DNA of 62,209 bases from an uncultured Gammaproteobacteria bacterium (GTDB lineage: Bacteria > Patescibacteriota > Patescibacteriia > UBA9934 > CAZDDW01). Location: NCBI GenBank assembly GCA_964480695.1, contig CAYZPO010000001.1:2160-64368 (forward strand). The letters run 5' to 3'. The notes beneath the pieces are model-generated. The model was not told the DNA's origin and searched no databases. It saw only the letters and a list, made by a program, of their open reading frames with translations. The position numbers and the translations under genes were made by a program. This document shows positions 34,928-42,657 of this stretch, piece after piece (positions within the stretch are counted from its first letter, which is position 1; every line of letters starts with the position of its first letter).

Positions 34928-35680
34928 GTGGGAACGCTTGTGGCAACTAAATTGTGGCTCGAATTTTTTGAGTTGGCAAATGGCGATTGTGCTGAAAGGC
35001 GCAGCTCGATTCACCAGTCGTATAATGCTGTGGAAAGGTCCTTGATTGATTTTCTGCCTAATAATACAAAAATGGTTTTTAAGGCGGCACTTTTTGACTG
35101 TGCGCTGAAGGACCAAGTTTCCACAGTGCCGGTTCCATTCATCGAATTGGCAGCTCAATTCCGTCATGTACTGGTACATTGGACAACCTTCCGTCCGACG
35201 CAGGGCATGGCCGTGTTTTGTGTACTCGTTTGGTCCGAAGTCTGGAGCCAGCTTTATGAAACCGTAAACCCGCTTCCTGGTGCGAGTTCTCTTTTTGATC
35301 GTACCGACGAGTTTTCTATTGAAGAATGGAGGATGCTGATCCCAGGATATGTTGGTTTAATTGGTTGCCCAACTCCTGACGAGTTTCGCAGCATGCCGAG
35401 GTATCGGCAACTACTATGTCTTGCGAAAATGGCTATTGATGAAAATACGTTGTGCTTTGACGCCATCACTCCAACGACTCAATGGCTGAGAGCATTTTTG
35501 TATCAACTTAAATATAGCATACATAACGGCGATCCAAATCACCACACACCTCTCGTTCCAAGACAATGGAACGGGGAGACCCTAGCACCTGCCGTGCATA
35601 AGCACTGGACAGAGGAATCTGCAGCATTATTGAGTGATGATATTAAGAGAATAGGCAACAAAGCGGGAATCAAAATATAG
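34928..35680 (+). CDS. Hypothetical protein (250 aa), low GC
   Basis: ORF 15 nt after the previous stop. No motif recognised. Confidence 0.45.
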   Translation: MGTLVATKLWLEFFELANGDCAERRSSIHQSYNAVERSLIDFLPNNTKMVFKAALFDCALKDQVSTVPVPFIELAAQFRHVLVHWTTFRPTQGMAVFCVLVWSEVWSQLYETVNPLPGASSLFDRTDEFSIEEWRMLIPGYVGLIGCPTPDEFRSMPRYRQLLCLAKMAIDENTLCFDAITPTTQWLRAFLYQLKYSIHNGDPNHHTPLVPRQWNGETLAPAVHKHWTEESAALLSDDIKRIGNKAGIKI

Positions 35681-35689
35681 GGTTGGAAT

Positions 35690-36049
35690 ATGGCAGTGTC
35701 TACAAATCCACAAGCAAATGACATGGGACGGATTAAAGTTGTGGGCGATTGTTGTTTTGAAACACACACGATAGAGTTCTTGTTTTCTGGAAGGCATTGC
35801 GGCGTCTTGAGCGAGGAGACAGATCGCATCCCTGTTCAAGTTGAAATCGACATCACGCCACGTAGTGCAGTTAAAGGTCTCCGCTGTCCTAGTTCCTTCA
35901 CTTCTAATGGAAGGGAAAAGGTTTCTATTCCATACCGATGGGCCAAGGGCCATCGTTCAAGGATTAATGTGTCTCTAACGTGCCACCATCCCGGAAGGGA
36001 GTTGTTTCAATGTTATCAAATCAAATTTCTACGCAGTAATTTAGAATGA
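35690..36049 (+). CDS. Hypothetical Cys/His-rich protein (119 aa), low GC
   Basis: ORF 9 nt after the previous stop. No motif recognised. Confidence 0.4.
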   Translation: MAVSTNPQANDMGRIKVVGDCCFETHTIEFLFSGRHCGVLSEETDRIPVQVEIDITPRSAVKGLRCPSSFTSNGREKVSIPYRWAKGHRSRINVSLTCHHPGRELFQCYQIKFLRSNLE

Positions 36050-36167
36050 ACACTGCAGGCAGCTAGTCCTTTTCTTCTAGACTTTTCACGCCTTTCAAGA
36101 CCTTATCCAAATCAAACGTCTTTCCCCAGTTCCATTGAGGGTAAAGATCCTCTGTGACAACGCAAAC

Positions 36168-36284
36168 AAAGACGCACTACTCACCACTTCGGATCTTCCA
36201 GGTAGTGCTTCTGTCGATTACAGGTTGTTACGCGGAGTGGTCATCTACATGAAGAAGAAGCTGAACTCAAGCTTGACAAAATAG
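36168..36284 (+). pseudogene. Remnant of the 5' end of a second, lower-GC parB-like gene
   Basis: Frame reads KDALLTTSDLPGSASVDYRLLRGVVIYMKKKLNSSLTK*. Compare the intact gene's KGELITTTADLPGGASVDDKLLQQAVDEINDIYVRKGLE. About 75% nucleotide identity over ~70 nt. No start codon, and a premature stop. Confidence 0.6.
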
Positions 36285-36301
36285 CTCGCGAGGGATGAAA
36301 T
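36273..36301 (+). promoter_or_regulatory. Sigma70-like promoter of the parB-like gene
   Basis: TTGACA-17 nt-TGAAAT, 42 nt upstream of ATG 36344. Confidence 0.5.
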
Positions 36302-36343
36302 CACCTTTCTAATAAACTGCACACGAAGGCGGGATGATAGAAC

Positions 36344-37051
36344 ATGGCTGAATCCAAAGGCGAACTGATCACTACCACCGCGGATCTTCCCGGTGGTGCG
36401 TCTGTCGATGACAAGCTGCTCCAGCAGGCCGTGGACGAGATCAACGACATCTACGTGCGCAAAGGCCTGGAGATGTACCTGGACATGGGCAACTTCATCC
36501 TAGGCGCCTTCTTTGGCGGGGATACCGCCAAGTTCCTGGACGGTGCCAAGGACCACATGTCCTTCCGCGAGCTAGCCAACCGAGAGGACCTCATCCCCTC
36601 GTACTCCCACCTGTACAACGCGGTAGCCGTGGTCGGGCAGCTCCCCCAGATCCCCGAGGATCTCCGCGAGAGGCTCAGCGTGTCCCACCACAAGGCTCTT
36701 CTGCCGATGAAGGACGAGAAAGCCAAGGAACGGCTGGCCAAGAAGGCTGTGGACAAGGGACTGTCGGTGCCCGCCCTGCGCGCCGAAGTTCAAAAGGCCT
36801 TGTCCAAGCTGAAGGGCAAGAGTCGAGCTGGCCGCCCTCCCCTTCCGGGCTTCGTCAAGGGTATCCACAAGCTCGTCAAGGACATCGACGCCATCGAGGC
36901 GGTAGAGTTCGACGAGGACGAGTTCGAGCACTACTCGCCCACTGACGCCAAGAAGTTGCTGGTGGACCTCGAGGCCCAGGTCAAGGCTCTGGATACGTAC
37001 AGGCAGAAGGTCTACGAGCAGATCGAGGCGTGGGAGAAGGACAAGGAGTAG
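36344..37051 (+). CDS. ParB/KorB-like HTH partition-type protein (no obvious ParB/Srx N-domain)
   Basis: ..LSVSHHKALLPMKDEKAKERLAKKAVDKGLSVPALRAEVQKAL.. resembles the ParB HTH and following helices. The stop codon overlaps a parS-like palindrome. Confidence 0.45.
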   Translation: MAESKGELITTTADLPGGASVDDKLLQQAVDEINDIYVRKGLEMYLDMGNFILGAFFGGDTAKFLDGAKDHMSFRELANREDLIPSYSHLYNAVAVVGQLPQIPEDLRERLSVSHHKALLPMKDEKAKERLAKKAVDKGLSVPALRAEVQKALSKLKGKSRAGRPPLPGFVKGIHKLVKDIDAIEAVEFDEDEFEHYSPTDAKKLLVDLEAQVKALDTYRQKVYEQIEAWEKDKE

Positions 37052-37073
37052 CTGTTATCACGTGATAACAGCT
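37050..37073. repeat. parS-like 24-bp perfect palindrome (copy 3)
   Basis: AGCTGTTATCAC|GTGATAACAGCT. Overlaps the TAG stop of the parB-like gene by 2 nt. Confidence 0.9.
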
Positions 37074-37152
37074 GGGATTCAAGTTGCTGCAGCAAGCTCC
37101 TCTCCAGCCAGGAAATACCGAACTGCCTCAGTTGTCACCAACGGAATGACAG

Positions 37153-37809
37153 ATGAAGATCTATGTGATCGAGCAAGTCCCGCCTGACTCTTTCGAGTCC
37201 TTCCACAGAAAATGGCACCAAAAACACAGTCATCACCCTGATGTGGCGGCTGCTACCTCACAGTACATCCTCCGAACAGCTCCAACCCCAGAGGAATGGC
37301 ATGGCGCTATCCAGGAGTTCTTGAGCTGGTATGACGGAGTGAATTTGCTTGGTGACGACGTCATCGTCCTATGCCTCTCAGTTCATGGGGCGCCGACCAG
37401 TCAGGGAATTCGCTTCAGCGAGACAGAAATCCTCTCTACATGGGAAGCGGTCGGTGCACTGCATAAACGACTACGTAAAGACATTGTCATCATCCAGAGC
37501 ATCTGTTGGGGTGCCTACCCCGATATTTCCCGTTTCATGAGCAACCCAGATAGAGGCCCAGTCTTCACCTTTGGTCCGAGGATTGAAGTCGCAGTTGGAG
37601 CGATACACAACGCTGAAAGAGAGGTCTTGAAGTTCCTTGCCACTGGCGGATTTGGCAACAACTCTCGGGCATTGGATTTAGTCCGCCAGATCAACGAATA
37701 CGGAAGCAGGACGCCATACCAGGGACACGACAAGTTCTATCGCGTCTGGTACTTCGACAAGAATAGACTACACCGCGAGCCTGGTTATCAGACATCCCAT
37801 CCTGAGTAG
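37153..37809 (+). CDS. Hypothetical protein with a caspase-like His/Cys dyad pattern (minimal peptidase C14/CHAT-like?)
   Basis: Strand plus HG (DVIVLCLSVHGAPT) and strand plus C.G (DIVIIQSICWGAYP) about 45 aa apart, as in the caspase-hemoglobinase fold. Intermediate GC. Confidence 0.35.
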   Translation: MKIYVIEQVPPDSFESFHRKWHQKHSHHPDVAAATSQYILRTAPTPEEWHGAIQEFLSWYDGVNLLGDDVIVLCLSVHGAPTSQGIRFSETEILSTWEAVGALHKRLRKDIVIIQSICWGAYPDISRFMSNPDRGPVFTFGPRIEVAVGAIHNAEREVLKFLATGGFGNNSRALDLVRQINEYGSRTPYQGHDKFYRVWYFDKNRLHREPGYQTSHPE

Positions 37810-37900
37810 CCGTTTCTCCCAATTACGGTGTTCAAAGAAACGATCACATTTATCCAAAACAGTACTTTTACGTCTATTTTTTGAGGGATAGCGGGAACTA

Positions 37901-37923
37901 ACCTGTTCCCTCACCCAGCCTCC
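37901..37923 (+). repeat. 23-nt motif ACCTGTTCCCTCACCCAGCCTCC (copy 2 of 2)
   Basis: Matches 15560-15582 at 21/23. Lies 165 nt upstream of the xis-like gene. Confidence 0.6.
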
Positions 37924-38088
37924 CCAGCCCTTCCTTCCTGTCCTATGCTGGACAGGTATGAACAAGCCCAACAACTTTTCCCGTTATCCTAATTTGGAGG
38001 ATCACAGGAACAAACGGTATCCTGTAACCATCTGCTCATTACAACTGAAGAACAACTCAGACGTACTGTCCATGTTAATTCATCCAGT

Positions 38089-38334
38089 ATGCAGATAGCT
38101 TCGCAGGCACAACCCGATCAGGAAGCCAACCTGCTGAACGTCAAGGACCTGGGCGCCTACCTGGGCATCTCCCCCTCGGCCGTGTACCGCCTGGTCGAAC
38201 GCCGGGACATCCCGGTTTACCGCCTGCGCAGTGGCCTTCGGTTCAACAAGGCCGACGTGGAGGCCTACCTGAACTCGCGCCGCATCGAGGCTATCTCTGA
38301 TAACGAATCAACTTATGGCAGTACGAATCATTGA
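38089..38334 (+). CDS. Excisionase-family HTH protein
   Basis: LLNVKDLGAYLGISPSAVYRLVERRDIPVYRLRSGLRFNKADVEAYL. Overlaps the integrase start by 20 nt. Confidence 0.75.
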   Translation: MQIASQAQPDQEANLLNVKDLGAYLGISPSAVYRLVERRDIPVYRLRSGLRFNKADVEAYLNSRRIEAISDNESTYGSTNH

Positions 38335-39538
38335 CAATCACTGGTATGTGGACGTTCGGCACCTGGGCGTGCGACGACGGCTGAGAAGTCCGGAAGACTC
38401 GAAAAGAGGCGCGCAAGCCTACGAATCCGTCATCCGCCATCGACTGGCTTGTGGGTATAGCCTCTACAACTTCGGTCAGCACTGGGGCCAGGACGTGCCA
38501 CCTGACACGCCACATGAGCCCGCGAAGCGCGAGGAATCGCCAGAAGACGAGCCAACCACTCTCTCCAAGACCTTCAGAGTCTTTTCCGAGGAGTGGATGA
38601 ACACCTACGTGGCGACCAACAACAAGCCTTCTGAACAAAAAAAGAAGCGGCACGTCCTGAACAAGCACTTGCTTCCGGCATTTGGAGCTCTGGCGCTCCC
38701 GGACATCACCAACCTGACCATCGAGCACTACAAGGCCCAAAAACTCGTAGACAAGCTCTCAGCCAAGACCATCAACAACCAACTCTCCATTCTCCGCAAG
38801 GCGCTCACCTGCGCACGGAGTTGGGGCTTCTTGGAGACGGTCCCCGAGTTCATCTGGCTCAAGGCACAGCGGCCGGCCATCGAGTACCTCAGCGACGACG
38901 AGGTTGCTGCTCTGCAGGCGTATGGCGACGAGCCCCTCTGGTCCACCATGATTTTGCTAGGACTACGCGCAGGACTGCGGATTGGCGAACTCCTGGGCCT
39001 CCACTGGGAAGACGTGGACCTGCAGGCGAACACCCTCACTGTTCAGCGGAACCTGTCTGAGTACGACTTGGTCACGCCCAAGAACAACCGGATTCGCGTG
39101 ATTCCCCTCTCGGCTGATGTCGGCCTCGCACTCTCTGCGTGGAAGAAACGTAGTTCACCAAGACGTAAAGCAGGCTTTGTCTTTCTCAATGACGAAGGAA
39201 CTCCTCTGAACTGCTACCGAGCAGACTATGCCCTTAAGCGGATTTGTCGTCACGTCGGAATCAAGGAGTACAGTTGGCACAAACTACGGCACACCTTTGC
39301 CACACACCTCCTCGCTCGAGGAGGCGACATCCGCTACGTCCAGGAACTACTTGGACATTCAACCCTGGCCATGACCGAACGCTACACTCACGTCATGGGC
39401 TCCAAGCTGCGCAGCACAGTTGAACTACTCAGCAACAATCCACAGAATTCTGGGCAGCCCGTGGGCAGTGGAATTTCGACCATCTCCAAGGACACATCCA
39501 CCGTGTCAACCATGAGCCCCATTTCTGTGCCGTGTTAA
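38315..39538 (+). CDS. Tyrosine integrase (integrase 3), adjacent to tRNA-Glu
   Basis: N-terminal WYVDVRHLGVRRRLRSPEDSKRGAQAYE (arm-type domain). Catalytic LRIGELLGLHWEDV and HKLRHTFATHLLARGGDIRYVQELLGHSTLAMTERYTHV. Confidence 0.85.
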   Translation: MAVRIIDNHWYVDVRHLGVRRRLRSPEDSKRGAQAYESVIRHRLACGYSLYNFGQHWGQDVPPDTPHEPAKREESPEDEPTTLSKTFRVFSEEWMNTYVATNNKPSEQKKKRHVLNKHLLPAFGALALPDITNLTIEHYKAQKLVDKLSAKTINNQLSILRKALTCARSWGFLETVPEFIWLKAQRPAIEYLSDDEVAALQAYGDEPLWSTMILLGLRAGLRIGELLGLHWEDVDLQANTLTVQRNLSEYDLVTPKNNRIRVIPLSADVGLALSAWKKRSSPRRKAGFVFLNDEGTPLNCYRADYALKRICRHVGIKEYSWHKLRHTFATHLLARGGDIRYVQELLGHSTLAMTERYTHVMGSKLRSTVELLSNNPQNSGQPVGSGISTISKDTSTVSTMSPISVPC

Positions 39539-39566
39539 AAGAAAAAACGCATCCATATGGATGCGC
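39539..39566 (-). terminator. Rho-independent terminator of tRNA-Glu
   Basis: Minus strand: GCGCATCCATATGGATGCG followed by TTTTTTCTTTT. Confidence 0.7.
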
Positions 39567-39572
39567 CCTCTC

Positions 39573-39647
39573 TGGTGACCCCAGGGGGAATCGAACCCCC
39601 GTTACTAGGATGAAAACCTAGCGTCCTAACCACTAGACGATGGGGCC
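39573..39647 (-). tRNA. tRNA-Glu (anticodon TTC), CCA encoded
   Basis: The reverse strand GGCCCCATCGTCTAGTGGTTAGGACGCTAGGTTTTCATCCTAGTAACGGGGGTTCGATTCCCCCTGGGGTCACCA folds into a cloverleaf. Anticodon stem CTAGG/CCTAG, loop TTTTCAT. Confidence 0.9.
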
Positions 39648-39712
39648 GTGATATTTGGCCGGCTCAATCCCGTTCGACGGGATGGGGCCGTGGTTAGCTC
39701 TTTTGTGGCGGA

Positions 39713-39741
39713 ATAATATCAAGGTTAAGGGGAAATGTCAA
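39713..39741 (-). promoter_or_regulatory. Promoter of tRNA-Glu
   Basis: Minus strand: TTGACA-17 nt-TATTAT. Back-to-back with the csp promoter. Confidence 0.6.
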
Positions 39742-39750
39742 GGTCAAACC

Positions 39751-39779
39751 TTGACAAAAAGCCAGATATATAGTATCCT
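39751..39779 (+). promoter_or_regulatory. Promoter of csp
   Basis: TTGACA-17 nt-TATCCT. Predicts a ~110-nt 5' UTR, as is usual for cold-shock genes. Confidence 0.6.
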
Positions 39780-39895
39780 CACCGTGCAAAAGGAGTCTAA
39801 GTTAAGTAGAGATAAAGCCTGGCTAGTCTAGGCAAAAGTCGAGTTTCTCTGCAATTAGGTCAAGTTTTGCAGATTAATTCAATTTTATCTCTATT

Positions 39896-40093
39896 ATGAA
39901 AGGTAAAATTTCTCGTTTAATGGATCGTGGCTACGGCTTTATTGCTCCAGAAGATGGTGAGAAGGATATTTTCTTTCACTCTTCAGAGCTCGTAGGCGTA
40001 GAATTCAACGACCTGGCTGAAGGTGACGAAGTTACTTTCGAGCTCGTTGAGTCTGATAAAGGTCCTAAAGCTACAAAAGTTTCTCGCGCCTAA
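39896..40093 (+). CDS. csp: Cold-shock domain protein
   Basis: MKGKISRLMDRGYGFIAPEDGEKDIFFHSSEL...: RNP1/RNP2-like motifs, 65 aa. Confidence 0.9.
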   Translation: MKGKISRLMDRGYGFIAPEDGEKDIFFHSSELVGVEFNDLAEGDEVTFELVESDKGPKATKVSRA

Positions 40094-40116
40094 GCCACGC
40101 TTACGCTACAGAATTA

Positions 40117-40143
40117 AAAGTCCCCGCTTTTGCGGGGACTTTT
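40117..40143. terminator. Bidirectional terminator between csp and the ABC exporter
   Basis: AAAAGTCCCCGC-TTTT-GCGGGGACTTTT. Confidence 0.8.
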
Positions 40144-40162
40144 GGTTATCAAGGTGTTTCAT

Positions 40163-41923
40163 TTAGTCCAGGTATCCACCAGCCTGGAGGCTCCAGAGTT
40201 TGCGGTAGATCTTTCCAGACTTGGTTAGTTGCTGGTGAGTACCTCGTTCAACGATCCGACCTTTATCAAAAACAAGAATTTGGTCTGCGGCCATGATCGT
40301 GCTAAGTCGGTGGGCAATAACAACTGTTGTTCGGTCTTGCATGACCTGTTTCAAAGCTTCCTGGAGCTGATGTTCAGTCTTGCTGTCCAGAGCACTTGTT
40401 GCTTCGTCGAGCACCAGGATCGGTGGGTCCTTGAGCAGAGTGCGTGAGATCACGATGCGTTGCTTCTCGCCGCCAGACAATTTAACTCCGCGTTCGCCAA
40501 CAATGCTGTCGTATCCTTTTGGTAACTTTTTGATGAAGTCATGCGCCTGCGCGCGTTTACACGCTTCGATCACCTGCTTCTTGTTAGCCCCAGGCCGACC
40601 AAAACGAATATTATTGAGAATAGTGTCATGGAAGAGTAGGTTTTCTTGCAGGACAAACCCAATATTCGAGCGGACTGATTTAATGGCTAGGTCCTTGAGA
40701 TCATGCCCATCAATCATTATCTTTCCACGTCCAGGGTCGTACAGACGATTGATCAGAGCAGCTAGAGTTGATTTGCCAGATCCAGACTCACCAACCAGGG
40801 CTGTAGTTGATCCGACAGGGACTTTAAATGAAACGCTTCGCAGAGCACCTTCTTTTTGGTAAGAGAAGCTGACGTTCTTGAACTCAATCTCTCCGTGAAT
40901 GCGTCGAAGAGTGACCGGTTCCTCGGCTTCCTGAATTTCAGGCTCCAAGTTCCACCACGGCAAAATACGAGACAATCCAGTGTGGGCCTCGACCATTCTT
41001 GAAAGCTCATGTCCAAGGACTGTTTGCAGAGGAATGTAAATGAAAGTTGAGAATCCAAGGAAAGTGATTAATTCACCAATAGTAAGGCTTCCGTTAACTA
41101 CATAGATCACTCCAAAAAGGAAAATGAGCACTCGGGCAATGGTGGTAAAAGTTTCTTGTCCAGCAGACATTGTGGCCCACCATTTGTTTATAACTAGCTG
41201 ATCATCAAGAGCACTGCGCATTAGTTGTTTGATTGTTCTTTGAGTTTTAGCTTCGGCTGTATTGGTTTTAATTGAAACAATATTTGAAACAAAATCACCA
41301 GTTTTGGAGTTGATCTTTTCCCATTTTTTGTTAATTTTGTTTTGGCGTTTTCTAAGCCTTCTTGAAGTGTAAAGTGCTGCAACCACAGCGACCGGAATAG
41401 GGATCAGGGAGACCAATGTTAATTGCCAGTGAATAAAAAATCCTACTCCCAGGACAAAGATGAAGGATAGGACTGAAGGAAAAACACTTTGAGTAACTGC
41501 AAACTGGAAATTCCAAAGAGCGTCCCAAGCCTTATCAAAACGACGCAGGATTTCACCAGGCTTGGCCTCATGATGCCAGCGGACACCTAAACGAAGTACT
41601 CTTTGATAAAGTTTTTCAGCAAAAGTGTTAATAACAATATTGGCCGCCAGCCAGCCAGTGTATGATTTTAGTGCGTTGGCCACGAAGCCAATCACAAAGA
41701 AAATCGACCAAAGCAGGAGAAGGAAAGAGGTGGAAGCAATGGCTTCACTTGAAGTCATGGTAGCATTAACAGCTTCAGTGATTTTGTCAATTAAGCGTCC
41801 GTAGATTACTGGCTGAACAATGTTGGCTGCAGCCATGAGTAATGCAAGAAACAAAGAAAGGATGTGCCAACGCCACACACCTTTGAAACTCGGAGCAATC
41901 ATTTTCCAAACAGGACTTTTCAT
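40163..41923 (-). CDS. ABC transporter, fused permease/ATPase (MsbA/multidrug-exporter type)
   Basis: Six-TM N-domain. Walker A GESGSGKST, signature LSGGEKQRI, Walker B ILVLDEATSALD. Confidence 0.9.
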   Translation of the reverse strand: MKSPVWKMIAPSFKGVWRWHILSLFLALLMAAANIVQPVIYGRLIDKITEAVNATMTSSEAIASTSFLLLLWSIFFVIGFVANALKSYTGWLAANIVINTFAEKLYQRVLRLGVRWHHEAKPGEILRRFDKAWDALWNFQFAVTQSVFPSVLSFIFVLGVGFFIHWQLTLVSLIPIPVAVVAALYTSRRLRKRQNKINKKWEKINSKTGDFVSNIVSIKTNTAEAKTQRTIKQLMRSALDDQLVINKWWATMSAGQETFTTIARVLIFLFGVIYVVNGSLTIGELITFLGFSTFIYIPLQTVLGHELSRMVEAHTGLSRILPWWNLEPEIQEAEEPVTLRRIHGEIEFKNVSFSYQKEGALRSVSFKVPVGSTTALVGESGSGKSTLAALINRLYDPGRGKIMIDGHDLKDLAIKSVRSNIGFVLQENLLFHDTILNNIRFGRPGANKKQVIEACKRAQAHDFIKKLPKGYDSIVGERGVKLSGGEKQRIVISRTLLKDPPILVLDEATSALDSKTEHQLQEALKQVMQDRTTVVIAHRLSTIMAADQILVFDKGRIVERGTHQQLTKSGKIYRKLWSLQAGGYLD

Positions 41924-42001
41924 GGAGATATTATAGCATAAACGAAAAGGACGACCCGCTGGGTGGGGTCGTGCCTCGTGTACGAAGGTGAAGAAGGGTC
42001 G

Positions 42002-42553
42002 TTATGGTAGGGTGCTTGTGATCTTAAACGGCTGGTCTGGACGTGTTCGATCGATGTAGTCAACGACGTCGGAGAAGGTGCTCCTGACCTGCCAAAGACC
42101 CTGCTCCCAGTCGTAGTATATCTGGGCCATGTCGGTGTTGATATTGTCTTTCGGGAATTTGATCGTGACCGTCATCTTGGTTTTGGGGTAAGTCATGATC
42201 CAGGTGATGGTGGTCTTGCGTTGCAGAACCATCAGGTACTTGCTGTACTTCCAGTAGCACCAGTAACGTCTTGGGGATTGGACCTTGATGACTATTCCGT
42301 CGTGTACCTCCCAGACATTGTTCTGGCCGTTGGTCACGAAGTAGAGCATCGGGCCCAGGCCATGGAACAGGAAGCCGAGAAATACTGCAGCGATGATGCA
42401 GATTTCTACCACAGCGATGTGGCCTCGGGTAATCCATGGGATATCGATCAGGAGGAAGAGTACCAAGGACACCAGGACCATGGCCAGAAGGCTGAGGTAG
42501 GCGAAGAACCAGAACCAAGGACGGATCTTGTTGTTAGCGTGGGCGAGAATCAT
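42002..42553 (-). CDS. Membrane protein (183 aa), orphan, higher GC than its neighbours
   Basis: Three N-terminal TM segments plus a soluble C-domain. Followed on the minus strand by the hairpin ACGACCCCACCCAGCGGGTCGT plus CCTTTTCGTTT. Confidence 0.5.
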   Translation of the reverse strand: MILAHANNKIRPWFWFFAYLSLLAMVLVSLVLFLLIDIPWITRGHIAVVEICIIAAVFLGFLFHGLGPMLYFVTNGQNNVWEVHDGIVIKVQSPRRYWCYWKYSKYLMVLQRKTTITWIMTYPKTKMTVTIKFPKDNINTDMAQIYYDWEQGLWQVRSTFSDVVDYIDRTRPDQPFKITSTLP

Positions 42554-42657
42554 GAGTACCTCCCCTTGGGAATGAGCGTGGTTGACTAGCTTACACGAGC
42601 TTTAACCTAGAGTCAAGGGTAGATTTTTTAGGCTGACTTAGGTATGATGTCGCTGTT

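Larger units (their letters stand above)
2040..39572. mobile_element. Composite accessory island abutting the 3' end of tRNA-Glu (probably several nested or tandem elements)
   Basis: Abrupt composition change near 2040 and 39540. Contains three tyrosine recombinases, two Xis-like HTH genes, two replication-relaxation genes, a coupling-type ATPase, a DUF932-like gene and a ParB-like gene. I found no matching att direct repeat at the left end by eye, so the boundaries are approximate. Confidence 0.55.

Noticed and set aside
39681-39693. 12-nt copy (GATGGGGCCGTG) of the tRNA-Glu 5' end in its leader, considered as a second tRNA or att scar
   Set aside because: It is too short, and the surrounding sequence (hairpin ATCCCG-TTCGA-CGGGAT) does not fold as a tRNA. 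It is probably leader structure or chance.
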